This document shows, piece by piece, positions 52,136 through 61,304 of a stretch of DNA of 64,000 bases. The DNA lies in NCBI GenBank assembly GCA_016188155.1, contig JACPIH010000003.1:2033-66032 (forward strand). The letters run 5' to 3'. This stretch comes from Candidatus Woesearchaeota archaeon (GTDB lineage Archaea > Nanobdellota > Nanobdellia > Woesearchaeales > UBA10216). The position numbers and the translations under genes were made by a program. The stretch's first letter is position 1; every line of letters begins with the position of its first letter. Under the pieces are notes generated by a model, which worked only from the letters and a program-made list of their open reading frames with translations, ran no database searches and had not been told where the DNA came from.

Positions 52136-52746
52136 TTGCAGTTCACGCACGTGTGGTGGTTTGCTCTCTTTACCAGTCTCTCGCCGCTTTTCTCCTTCTT
52201 TATGACCTCCGCTATTACCTTTCTTACCAGCTCGTGCGGGTCTTTTTCATAAATGACTGTTGCCCCTGTTTTTTTGCTTGCGATTTTTATTATGTCGTCT
52301 ATAAAATCAGCTATTCCGCCTGAGCCTTGCATTACGCCAACAACCATCCCTTCGTCGTAAGCGATTGTGAACTCGTTAAGCGTTCCCACGTGGCCACCTA
52401 CTATTATGATGGCATCGCAGTTTGTCACGTTGACAACGTTTCTTCCCTTGAAGCCAAACCCGGTGTAAACAATGAGGTCGTATGTGTCCGTAGGGAACTT
52501 GTATTTGGTGACGTGCTCCCTGAGGTTTCCTGCCGGAGATACTCCAATGACAAAGCCGTCAGCTTCCTTGGCTCCTTTGCTGGATTCGTAGGGTATGCCA
52601 TGGCATGCGCCGTTAACCAATATGCAGTTGTGCCTTGCTATTTCCTTTCCGACTTCGTAGGCGAGCCGCAATGCCTTCTTTGTTACGTTATATTCCCCTC
52701 TTTCAAGCCCCGAGCCCATCACGCCTATCCTTAGTTTCATCTTCAC
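52132..52746 (-). CDS. LOG/TIGR00725-like Rossmann-fold protein (possible nucleotide N-glycosidase family)
   Basis: IGVMGSG, LVNGACHGIP, AIIIVGGHVGTLNEF. C-terminal HHTCVNCK. Confidence 0.6.
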   Translation of the reverse strand: MKMKLRIGVMGSGLERGEYNVTKKALRLAYEVGKEIARHNCILVNGACHGIPYESSKGAKEADGFVIGVSPAGNLREHVTKYKFPTDTYDLIVYTGFGFKGRNVVNVTNCDAIIIVGGHVGTLNEFTIAYDEGMVVGVMQGSGGIADFIDDIIKIASKKTGATVIYEKDPHELVRKVIAEVIKKEKSGERLVKRANHHTCVNCK

Positions 52747-52795
52747 ACCTTTTTCGTAAGCTAGCGGTAGCCTCCAATAAATACTTTACTGTCAG

Positions 52796-53443
52796 CTACT
52801 GCTCAAACCCCATCTTCCTGCCCCACTCGGCAGGATTTTTGCTCCACTCTTTCAGCATTGCCACTTCTTCTTTTTTAATGTAGCCTTTCTTTGCAGCCAC
52901 TTTGACAAGGGTGCTGAAGTTGCTTAGCGTTAGCAGCTGGCAGCTGGCATCGGCAAACCCTTTCTTCGCTATCTCCATTTCGTAAGTGAATATTGCGAGG
53001 CATTTCTCAACAACCGCCCCTTCCTTTCTGGCAGATGCAACTGACGCCAAAGAAGTTCCCCCAGTGCTGACCAGATCCTCAATAACCAGAACTTTTTGCC
53101 CCGGCTCAAGCCCGCCCTCAATCAGGTTCTCCCTTCCATGGTCCTTCTGCCCTGTTCTTATGTAAATCATTGGCTTCTTCAGCTTCTCAGCAACAAGAGC
53201 GGCCCAAGGTATGCTGGCCGTTGCTATCCCGGCAATAACATCTGCCTCAATCATCTCTTTTTTGATTTTTTTGACGTAGAAATCGCGAATCATCTTTCTT
53301 TCTGCAGGCTTTGACAGAAGCAGCCTGTTGTCACAATAAATAGGGCTCAAAATGCCAGACGCAAACTTGAAAGGCTGCTGTGGCCTGAGGATTATTGCGC
53401 CTGCCTTCAGCAGCAGCTCTGCGACTTTTGTTTCAGTTCCCAT
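52796..53443 (-). CDS. pyrE: Orotate phosphoribosyltransferase
   Basis: FKFASGILSPIYCDNR, VLVIEDLVSTGGT. Confidence 0.9.
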   Translation of the reverse strand: MGTETKVAELLLKAGAIILRPQQPFKFASGILSPIYCDNRLLLSKPAERKMIRDFYVKKIKKEMIEADVIAGIATASIPWAALVAEKLKKPMIYIRTGQKDHGRENLIEGGLEPGQKVLVIEDLVSTGGTSLASVASARKEGAVVEKCLAIFTYEMEIAKKGFADASCQLLTLSNFSTLVKVAAKKGYIKKEEVAMLKEWSKNPAEWGRKMGFEQ

Positions 53444-54761
53444 TAAACATTACCTCTTTGCCCCTGATTTTTTCTTCAGCTATTTCACCATCGCTGCAAA
53501 TAACATTGCCATTGACAATCGTTGCAGCCACTATTCCTTTGACTTTCCACCCGTCAAAGGGCGTCCAGCCGCACTTGCTTAGCATATCGTCGTTTTTTAT
53601 TGTTTTCTCTTTGTGCATGTCAACCAGCGTAATGTCAGCGTCCATCCCAACAGCCAATTTCCCCTTTCCTTTTATCCCGAACACAGCAGCAGGATTCTCC
53701 GAAGTCAGCCTTATCAGCTGCTGCAGCGACACTCTTCCTTTGTTCACAGCATCAAGCATTAGCGGTAGCATTGTCTGAAGTCCAGGCACCCCGGAGGGGG
53801 CATTCCAGTAGCCCTGTTCCTTCTCCTCCCGTAAATGTGGCGCGTGGTCTGTGGCAATCATGTCAACAACCCCTTCATTTATTGCCTTCCACAATGCGGC
53901 AACGTCTTCTTTAAGCCTCAGCGGAGGGTTTACCTTAACATAATTTCCTAATTTAGTAGCTGTTTCTGAATCGGCAGTCAAAAACAGATGGTGCGGAGCG
54001 ACTTCACAGCTAAGCAGCTTATAGTCCTTCTTCGCAGCAGCAACAATGGCCGTCTCCTCTTTTGTGCTCATGTGGCAGATATGCAGCCTTGTGCCATGTT
54101 TTCTGCCAATCGCTATTGCCCTCTCAACCTCTTTTGCAGCTGCAGAGTTTTCCCTTATCTTAAGGTGCAGCTTTGCTCCATCGCTGTCGCCGCGATATTT
54201 CTCTTCATTTGCCTTTATCATTGCCTCGTTTTCGGCGTGCGCCATTAGCCTCTTGCCACTGCCGAAAATATCGTTTAGCGCTTTCTCATCAGTAACCAGT
54301 AGATTTCCTGTTGAAGAGCCCATGTAAACCTTCACGGCAGCAATGTTTAGCACTTTTTTAATCTCTTCCAAATTGTCCGCTGTTGCCCCGAAGTGGAATC
54401 CGTAATTAACAATGCACTTCGCAGCAGCAAGTTTCCTTTTCTCCTCCAGCAGCGCAACAGTTGTCGTTGCCGGCTTCGTGTTGGGCATGTCAAATATTGT
54501 TGTTACCCCTCCGGCAACAGCCGCCTTGCTCGCCGTCAGGAAGTCCTCCTTCTGGGTCATTCCCGGCTCGCGGCAGTGCACATGAACATCAATCGCTCCA
54601 GGCAGAGCATGTTTTCCGGTGGCATCAATAACTTCATCTGCAGCAGATTTCAGTTCAGAAGCAACACCTATTTTCGTAATTTTTCCGTTGCCTCCAACGA
54701 GAATGCTTCTCTCTAGGAACTCGCCATTAACCAGCACTTTGCAGTTTTTTATGAGGAGCAT
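53433..54761 (-). CDS. pyrC: Dihydroorotase
   Basis: PGAIDVHVHCREPG, FDMPNT, HAE, ATDHAPH. Confidence 0.9.
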   Translation of the reverse strand: MLLIKNCKVLVNGEFLERSILVGGNGKITKIGVASELKSAADEVIDATGKHALPGAIDVHVHCREPGMTQKEDFLTASKAAVAGGVTTIFDMPNTKPATTTVALLEEKRKLAAAKCIVNYGFHFGATADNLEEIKKVLNIAAVKVYMGSSTGNLLVTDEKALNDIFGSGKRLMAHAENEAMIKANEEKYRGDSDGAKLHLKIRENSAAAKEVERAIAIGRKHGTRLHICHMSTKEETAIVAAAKKDYKLLSCEVAPHHLFLTADSETATKLGNYVKVNPPLRLKEDVAALWKAINEGVVDMIATDHAPHLREEKEQGYWNAPSGVPGLQTMLPLMLDAVNKGRVSLQQLIRLTSENPAAVFGIKGKGKLAVGMDADITLVDMHKEKTIKNDDMLSKCGWTPFDGWKVKGIVAATIVNGNVICSDGEIAEEKIRGKEVMFNGN

Positions 54762-54876
54762 TAAAATAGACTGGAGCCTCTGGAGTATTTATAAGTGTTT
54801 TTGTTGCCTGAAAGCCTTCCGGAACTGTCCGGTGGTTCTTGCGGTTCCACCCGAAAACTTTTCAAAACGTTAGTGG

Positions 54877-54918
54877 ATTTCTTGGTAAAGCTTCTTTGCT
54901 TGCCAAAGAAGGTTTCAC
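54877..54918 (+). repeat. Hairpin repeat family, copy 7 (TTTCTTG variant)
   Basis: GATTTCTTGGTAAAG-CTTCTTTG-cttg-CCAAAGAAG-GTTTCAC. Confidence 0.65.
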
Positions 54919-54995
54919 TGGACACTGGACACCTGCCCGGCTATGGTATATAAGCAACTTGTTACAAAGACATCTGCCGGAAAGCAGAAAGGCTT

Positions 54996-55035
54996 ATATA
55001 TGACTTAATACGTCATATATGTCATGGCAGGTCAT
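54996..55035 (+). promoter_or_regulatory. Operator-like palindrome ATATATGAC-n7-GTCATATAT followed by GTCAT repeats at about 10-bp spacing, upstream of the TA-like pair
   Basis: Read directly: 54996..55004 and 55012..55020 are inverted repeats. GTCAT occurs at 55012, 55021 and 55031. The ATG is at 55040. Confidence 0.5.
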
Positions 55036-55039
55036 TTGA

Positions 55040-55372
55040 ATGAAACTTATTTTCGAAAGCGACAAGCGATTGTCGGAGGATTCTCGCTTGATAAAGCGAC
55101 TTTATCGTGCAGAGTCAGGCGAATACCAATCAGGAAGTTTCATTTTTGCTCTGCAATACCTTTGGTTTCATGAAGACAAATGGCTTGAATTGGCACGGAT
55201 TGATAACTATGAACATGAGAAAGGAAGAACTGGAGTGCACATACATAAGTTCGGCATGCGTTTTGTCGAATTCAGGGAAATGGACTTTACAGAGGCTGAG
55301 CAACTCGTAATAGCTATTGGAGAAAAAATAAAGCAAAAAATCAGGCTTGGTGATCACGATGGTAAAAATTGA
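55040..55372 (+). CDS. DUF6516 / TumE-like putative toxin
   Basis: 110 aa; ...WLELARIDNYEHEKGRTGVHIHKFG... pattern recalled for the family. Overlaps the downstream HTH gene. Confidence 0.45.
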   Translation: MKLIFESDKRLSEDSRLIKRLYRAESGEYQSGSFIFALQYLWFHEDKWLELARIDNYEHEKGRTGVHIHKFGMRFVEFREMDFTEAEQLVIAIGEKIKQKIRLGDHDGKN

Positions 55373-55712
55373 AATTGTGTCTGATATGAAGAAAAAGATG
55401 GAAGAAGAGAACAGATTCATTAAGGCAGTAATTTCGGGCAAGATAAAGCCCAAGCGTGCTGTCCGTACAGTCATTTTCACTCCAGAGACATTTGCTAGCA
55501 CGTTCACTCCTGAGAGGGTGAGGCTTATCTTTGCTCTGAAGGACTGGGACGGTAACATATACAGGCTTGCTAAAAAGCTCGGCAGGCCTTATGAAGCCGT
55601 TCATAGGGATATTTCATACTTAGAAAGTTTCGGTTTCATCAAAGTGAAGTCCATAGGCAGGAAGAGATATCCACGCCTCGCAGGCCCGATAAGGATTCCG
55701 GCGTTTGCGTGA
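55359..55712 (+). CDS. Winged-HTH DNA-binding protein (HVO_A0114 / TumA-like putative antitoxin)
   Basis: VIFTPETFASTFTPERVRLIFALKD..NIYRLAKKLGRPYEAVHRDISYLESFGFI. The ATG at 55359 overlaps the upstream ORF by 14 nt. Confidence 0.5.
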   Translation: MVKIEIVSDMKKKMEEENRFIKAVISGKIKPKRAVRTVIFTPETFASTFTPERVRLIFALKDWDGNIYRLAKKLGRPYEAVHRDISYLESFGFIKVKSIGRKRYPRLAGPIRIPAFA

Positions 55713-55771
55713 ATTATCACTCACCAACCACTTTACAGTTTTTTATCGTCAGCATTTCGACACCGTTTACC

Positions 55772-56341
55772 TTACATCCCTGTACAGTTCTTCCCGCATT
55801 CTATCAAATGAAGCAACAGTTGTAAATCTCCTCCTTGAATATTTAAATTGAACAAAATGTTTACCTCTGTGCTAAAAACAATAACAAGCAACCACAAAAT
55901 TATAAAACTGAGATAAATTAGGGCGATCTGTTTTTGATAACTTTCTTTAATTCCAATAATGACTGCTATCGACGCGGAGGCAAAAAATATTGCGGCTATA
56001 ATTAAAACTCGACTGAAAATGATGTCAGAATTAATGCCTGCCAAATTAATTTCTTTTTTGGCAGAACTATCTAATGATAAATATTTTTCCTTTGAAATAT
56101 TGTTGCAAAAAGTTGCTTTGCCTAAGGCAGTCGGGCCTTTAAATGCTTTAACATAAAAATCTGGAATGGCTGTTAAGTAGTTAGCACTGTATGTGCCGCA
56201 AACCTCATATTTTTTATAAAACTTCAAATGGGCTTTTTCGTGCAAATCTGTGTTAATCAATGTGATGTAAGGCAATAGCACTAACAGCCCTATTAGAAAA
56301 GCAAAGAACGCGTGTTTTCCTAGTTTCAATATATTTCTCAT
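55772..56341 (-). CDS. Membrane protein with an HExxH motif (DUF3267-like putative zincin)
   Basis: N-terminal TM, then HEKAH, then C-terminal TM segments. AT-rich gene. Confidence 0.5.
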   Translation of the reverse strand: MRNILKLGKHAFFAFLIGLLVLLPYITLINTDLHEKAHLKFYKKYEVCGTYSANYLTAIPDFYVKAFKGPTALGKATFCNNISKEKYLSLDSSAKKEINLAGINSDIIFSRVLIIAAIFFASASIAVIIGIKESYQKQIALIYLSFIILWLLVIVFSTEVNILFNLNIQGGDLQLLLHLIECGKNCTGM

Positions 56342-56362
56342 ATCCTTTAGCCTGATGGTAAG

Positions 56363-57126
56363 TTAGTGTGCCCCTATCTTCTCCTTCCTGCTCGACTTTA
56401 CCCGGTGGTATTCGCCAAGTTCCGTAATCTTGGCAGCAGTTTCAAACGAAAGGACCGGTCCTTCCACGCACAGCCTTATCCCGATTGGGTCTACGCAGCA
56501 GTGGCCGCACAGGCCCATGCCTCCGCACTTGAACCAGCGCTCCCCGCTTATCTCGCCCTTGACCTTGGCTGCCAGGCACATGTCTGCAACAGCTTTCATC
56601 ATCTTGTCCGGCCCGCACACAAACACCTTGTCGATTTTTTCTTTCCGTCAGTTGTAACAATTAAATTGTCGCTGCCAATGAGCTTCTTTATCCTTTCAAC
56701 GTAAACCAGCTTGTTCTTTGTTCTCGCGCCAAGTACGAATTTTACCTTTATTCTCTGCTGCAGTGCCTCTTCCGTAAGCATGGTGAGCGAGGCAGAGCCG
56801 TAGCCTCCTCCGACCATTACCGCTTTCTTGCCTTCAAGCTGGAATGTGGTGCCGTAAGGCCCTCTTATTCCAATCTTTTCTCCGGGCTTCATTGAGCATA
56901 GTTTGTTGGAAAAAGGTCCGACAGCAGCAACGGTTATTCCTACCTCGCTGCCATTGCTGTAGCTTATCGCAAACGGCTTTTCATCCACCCTTGGCAGCCA
57001 TACCATTACGAACTGACCGGGCTTTGCTTTTATGTCGCTTTTGAGGAATATCGTCTTTATGCCTTCGGCTTCATTCACCGACTTGGCAATCTGCACTATC
57101 TGCGGCCTTTCAAGCGGTCTTTCCAT
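56363..57126 (-). pseudogene. pyrK: Dihydroorotate dehydrogenase electron-transfer subunit PyrK, interrupted at an A6 run (T6 at 56635..56640 on plus) and apparently lacking about 20 codons (pseudogene or assembly error)
   Basis: N-terminal fragment ...GQFVMVWLP..EKPFAIS..GPYG..MVGGGYG..IVTTDGKKK then wrong frame. C-terminal fragment (IDK)VFVCGPDKMM...CGGMGLCGHCCV lies in a frame offset by one base, the kind of shift a single-base length change in the A6 run would cause. Confidence 0.8.
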
Positions 57127-57135
57127 TTTGCTTGT

Positions 57136-58056
57136 TCACTTATGGGCTATTCCTATCATGTCACTAATTCTGCCATAGCTGTTTTCTTCCATAAACTGTT
57201 TTATTTCATCTGAAACCTTTCTGAAAACGTCAATTCCCCTGTAATAGATTGCAGTTCCAATCTCAACCGCAACTGCCCCTGCCATTATCATCTCAACAGC
57301 GTCCTCTCCGGTAGTTACCCCACCCATGCCAATGATTGGTATCTTAACGGCTTCATAAATGTCATATATGCAGTTGACAGCTATTGGCTTTATTGCATGC
57401 CCGCTTACACCGCCTTGCTTGTTGTGCAGCACCGGCTTTGCTGTTTTCACGTCAATTACCATTCCTGGCATTGTGTTTATTGCCGATATTGCGTCAGCCC
57501 CTGCTTCTTCTACTGCTTTTGCTATCTTTTTGATGCTCGGCACGTTTGGTGCCAGCTTGGCTATTATCGGTACTTTTGTTTTGCTTTTCACTATTCTTAT
57601 CACATCGGCAGCTTCCTTTGCGTTGAGGGCAAAAGCCTCCCCAAAGTCGCTTCCTGTGTTTGGGCATGATAAATTGACTTCAATCAGCTGCGGCTTCAGC
57701 GTTGCCATCTTTTCAGCCACCATGCCGAATTCCTCTTTTGTGCCACCAAATATGCTCGGTATTACAGGCACTCCGGCATTCTTCATTGCGAACTCTATCT
57801 CTCCAAGGCTGTTGTCGATGCCTGCGTTTGGTAATCCGACGGCATTGAGAAATCCTCCTTTGAACTCAACCAATATTGGATTGTTGTGGCCTTCCCTTTC
57901 TCTTGGCCCTATCGATTTGGGTATTATTGCCCCTGCGCCGTTCTTGGCAGCGTAGCAGCACGCTGCCCCGGAGATGCCTACTATGCCCGAAGCAAGTATT
58001 GTTGGATTGGTCAGCTTTACGTTCAGTATCTTCGTGCTTATGTCAACTGTTGCCAT
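57136..58056 (-). CDS. pyrD: Dihydroorotate dehydrogenase catalytic subunit (class 1B)
   Basis: NLSCPN, GGVSG.AIKP, IGMGGV. Confidence 0.9.
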   Translation of the reverse strand: MATVDISTKILNVKLTNPTILASGIVGISGAACCYAAKNGAGAIIPKSIGPREREGHNNPILVEFKGGFLNAVGLPNAGIDNSLGEIEFAMKNAGVPVIPSIFGGTKEEFGMVAEKMATLKPQLIEVNLSCPNTGSDFGEAFALNAKEAADVIRIVKSKTKVPIIAKLAPNVPSIKKIAKAVEEAGADAISAINTMPGMVIDVKTAKPVLHNKQGGVSGHAIKPIAVNCIYDIYEAVKIPIIGMGGVTTGEDAVEMIMAGAVAVEIGTAIYYRGIDVFRKVSDEIKQFMEENSYGRISDMIGIAHK

Positions 58057-58094
58057 GTTATTTACCCATATTTTGCTGTTTTATAATTCTTTGG

Positions 58095-61000
58095 CTACGC
58101 GTATTCGTCCCACGCCTTAACTTCCAGCTCTTCCGGCTTCACTGCCGCAATCGCTTCAGCAAGCAGCCTTGCCAGCTGCAGGTTTGTTATTAGCGGTATT
58201 CCATAGTCTGCCGCCTTTCTCCTTATAACGTATTCGTCATCAAGCTCCTTCTTTGTGAACGATGTTGGTATGTTTATCACAAGATGCAGCTTTTCTCCGT
58301 TTTTGCCATCAAGGTAGTCCAGTATGTTAGGGCTTTTCTCTTCACTTACCTTGTGGAGCATCGTAGCCGGTATTTTGTTTTTCTCAAGGAAGAGCTCGGT
58401 GTGCTCGGTTGCAAAGAGTGCAAACCCAAGCCAGCTCAGCTTTTTGGCATAGGGCAGGAACTTGACCTTTGCCTCATCTCCGCCAATGCTTATGAGTATG
58501 TTCTTCTCAGGCAGCTTGAAGCCTGCGGCCATTATCGCCTTGAGGAATGCATCATAAGTGTTGGTTCCCAGGCATGCCACTTCGCCTGTTGATGCCATTT
58601 CCACGCTTGTCAGAGGGTCTGCGCCTTTCAGCCTGGTGAATGAGAACTGCGGTGATTTGACACCGACATAGCTTATCCCTTCTGCGGCATCAACTTTTTC
58701 ACTGGCGGCGCTTTCCAGTCCTAACACAGCTTTCGTTGCTATTTCGGCAAAGTTCTTTTTCGAAACCTTTGACACGAACGGGAAACTCCTTGAAGCCCTT
58801 AGGTTGCACTCTATCACCTTAACATCGTTTTCCTTAGCGAGGAATTGTATGTTGAATGGCCCGGTTATCTTCAGCGCGTCAGCAATCTTTGCAGCTATTT
58901 CCGATATCTTCCTAGTTGTCTCCACATAAAGCTTCTTTGGCGGGAATACCATGGTGGCATCCCCGGAGTGGACTCCGGCATTTTCTATATGCTCGGTTAT
59001 AGCCTCCAGCACAATCTTCCCGTTAGCAGCCACAGCATCTATCTCTATCTCTTTGGAATTTGTTATGAACTTGCTTATTACAACAGGATATTCCTCGCTG
59101 ACACTGGATGCCTTATCGAGGTATTGCTCTAAATCCTCATCACTAAAGGATATGCTCATTGCTGCGCCGCTCAACACATAGGAAGGCCTCACAAGCACAG
59201 GGTAACCGGCAGCCGCGGCAAACTTCTCTGCATCTTCAACACTGGTAAGCTCTTCCCACCGCGGCTGGTCTATTCCAAGCTTGTCAAGCAGCTGTGAGAA
59301 TTTCTGCCTGTCTTCGGCCTTGTCTATGCTTTCAGGGGTAGTGCCGAGTATTTTTACGCCAAGCTCTGCAAGTTTTAGGGCAATGTTGTTGGGTATTTGC
59401 CCGCCCATTGATATTATGACGCCGTCAGCCTTCTCCTTTTCGTAAATATCCGTAACAGTTTCGGAGCTTATTTCGTCAAAGTACAGCTTGTCGCATACAT
59501 CGTAGTCAGTGCTTACAGTTTCCGGGTTGTAATTGACCATCACTGCCTCATAACCAAGCTGCCTTAAGGTAAAGACTGCGTTAACGCAGCACCAGTCAAA
59601 CTCAACAGAGCTTCCTATCCTGTACACGCCGCTGCCAAGAACGATAATCTTTTTGCGGCTGCTGCGGAAGGTAATGTCATCCTCGTTTCCATTATACGTT
59701 AAATACAAATAATTCGTTTTTGCAGGGTACTCTGCAGCCAGGGTATCTATCTGCTTCACTACAGGCACGATGCCGTGATTCTTCCGCAATGCCCTGACAT
59801 CATTTGCCTTGCTTCCAATAATCTTCGCTATCTGCCTGTCGCTAAAGCCGTTTTGCTTTGCGGTTTTCAGCAGCTGTGGTGTTAAGTTCTTGGTGGCAGT
59901 TAGTTGCTCTCCTACGCTTATGACGTTATTCAGCTTGTGCAGGAACCATTCATCAATGCCCGTCATTTTGTGAATTTGTTCAACGCCGTAGCCTTCTTTC
60001 ATCGCTTCAACAATCACAAACAGCCTTTCGTCTGTTGGATTCGCAAGTTCTTCTTTTATGTCATAGCCTTGCAGCTTTGCCTGTGCTTTGTTCCCAACCA
60101 GCCCGTATGCGCCAATGTCGAGCATCCTGACAGCTTTCTGTATCGCCTCCTCAAAAGTCCTGCCTATGGCCATTACCTCCCCGACAGACTTCATTGAGCT
60201 TCCAATCCTTCTGCTGACGTTCCTGAACTTTTTCAGGTCCCAGCGAGGAATTTTGACAACGATGTAGTCAAGGGCTGGCTCAAAACATGCAATGGTTATT
60301 TGGGTTATCGAATTCTTAATCTCTGTAAGCGAATATCCTAATGCCAGCTTCGCTGCCACAAATGCCAGAGGATAGCCTGTCGCCTTTGAAGCCAGCGCCG
60401 AGCTCCTTGACAGCCTTGCATTAACCTCAATGATTCTGTATTCGTCAGAATTCTGGTCTAATGCGAATTGTATGTTGCATTCGCCCACAATGCCCAAGTG
60501 CCGTATCAGCTTTATGGAAATCTCCCTAAGCTTATGGTATTCGTGATTTGTCAGCGTTTGTGAAGGCGCAACAACTATGCTTTCACCAGTGTGTATTCCC
60601 ATAGGGTCGAGGTTTTCCATGTTGCAGACAGTGATGCAGTTGTCATAGGCATCCCTTACAACCTCATACTCTATTTCTTTCCAGTGCTCAAGGTATTCTT
60701 CAACAAGTATCTGCGGTGCATTTGCCAATGCCTGTTTTGCAGCGTCTTCCAGCTCCTCTTCATTTTTGCATATTGCGCTTCCCAAGCCGCCAAGAGCATA
60801 GGCAGACCTGATTATTATTGGGTAAACTATCTTCTCAGCAGCAACTAAAGCATCATTCACATTTGTCACTGCCTTGCTTCTCGGAGTTTTGAGGTTTATT
60901 TCGTTCAGCTTTTTTACAAACAGCTCTCTGTCCTCTGTTGCCTTTATCGTTTCAATGGGCGTTCCAAGAACTTTAACATTATATTTAGCAAGTACGCCAC

Positions 61001-61304
61001 TGTCATGCAAAACTACGCCGCAGTTAAGCGCTGTCTGGCCTCCGAAGCCGAGAAGTATGCCGTCTGGGTGTTCTTTTGCTATTATTTTTTCAACGAAATA
61101 CGGAGTAATCGGGAGAAAGTAAATCTTGTCAGCCATCTTCTCGTCTGATTGAATAGTTGCGATATTAGGATTAACTAATACAGTTTTAATCCCTTCTTCC
61201 CTCAAACTTTTGAGAGCCTGTGACCCTGAAAAATCAAATTCCCCGGCCTCGCCAATTTTTATGCTGCCACTACCCAAAACTAATATCTTTGTTGGCTTAT
61301 CCAT
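58095..61304 (-). CDS. carB: Carbamoyl-phosphate synthase large subunit
   Basis: 1069 aa; duplicated ATP-grasp halves; IEVNARLSRSSALASKATGYP; C-terminal MGS-like domain. Confidence 0.95.
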   Translation of the reverse strand: MDKPTKILVLGSGSIKIGEAGEFDFSGSQALKSLREEGIKTVLVNPNIATIQSDEKMADKIYFLPITPYFVEKIIAKEHPDGILLGFGGQTALNCGVVLHDSGVLAKYNVKVLGTPIETIKATEDRELFVKKLNEINLKTPRSKAVTNVNDALVAAEKIVYPIIIRSAYALGGLGSAICKNEEELEDAAKQALANAPQILVEEYLEHWKEIEYEVVRDAYDNCITVCNMENLDPMGIHTGESIVVAPSQTLTNHEYHKLREISIKLIRHLGIVGECNIQFALDQNSDEYRIIEVNARLSRSSALASKATGYPLAFVAAKLALGYSLTEIKNSITQITIACFEPALDYIVVKIPRWDLKKFRNVSRRIGSSMKSVGEVMAIGRTFEEAIQKAVRMLDIGAYGLVGNKAQAKLQGYDIKEELANPTDERLFVIVEAMKEGYGVEQIHKMTGIDEWFLHKLNNVISVGEQLTATKNLTPQLLKTAKQNGFSDRQIAKIIGSKANDVRALRKNHGIVPVVKQIDTLAAEYPAKTNYLYLTYNGNEDDITFRSSRKKIIVLGSGVYRIGSSVEFDWCCVNAVFTLRQLGYEAVMVNYNPETVSTDYDVCDKLYFDEISSETVTDIYEKEKADGVIISMGGQIPNNIALKLAELGVKILGTTPESIDKAEDRQKFSQLLDKLGIDQPRWEELTSVEDAEKFAAAAGYPVLVRPSYVLSGAAMSISFSDEDLEQYLDKASSVSEEYPVVISKFITNSKEIEIDAVAANGKIVLEAITEHIENAGVHSGDATMVFPPKKLYVETTRKISEIAAKIADALKITGPFNIQFLAKENDVKVIECNLRASRSFPFVSKVSKKNFAEIATKAVLGLESAASEKVDAAEGISYVGVKSPQFSFTRLKGADPLTSVEMASTGEVACLGTNTYDAFLKAIMAAGFKLPEKNILISIGGDEAKVKFLPYAKKLSWLGFALFATEHTELFLEKNKIPATMLHKVSEEKSPNILDYLDGKNGEKLHLVINIPTSFTKKELDDEYVIRRKAADYGIPLITNLQLARLLAEAIAAVKPEELEVKAWDEYA

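Noticed and set aside
54917-54935. Short tandem repeat CACTGGA-CACTGGA-CAC
   Set aside because: There are only 2.5 units and no further copies. It is probably fortuitous.
56629-56645. Programmed -1 frameshifting or transcriptional slippage at the pyrK A6 run (and at the nrdJ and purF breaks)
   Set aside because: There is no in-frame X-XXY-YYZ heptamer, the run is short, and I could not identify a convincing downstream stimulatory structure. Missing conserved segments at sufC, purF and pyrK point to lesions rather than recoding. It cannot be excluded without data.
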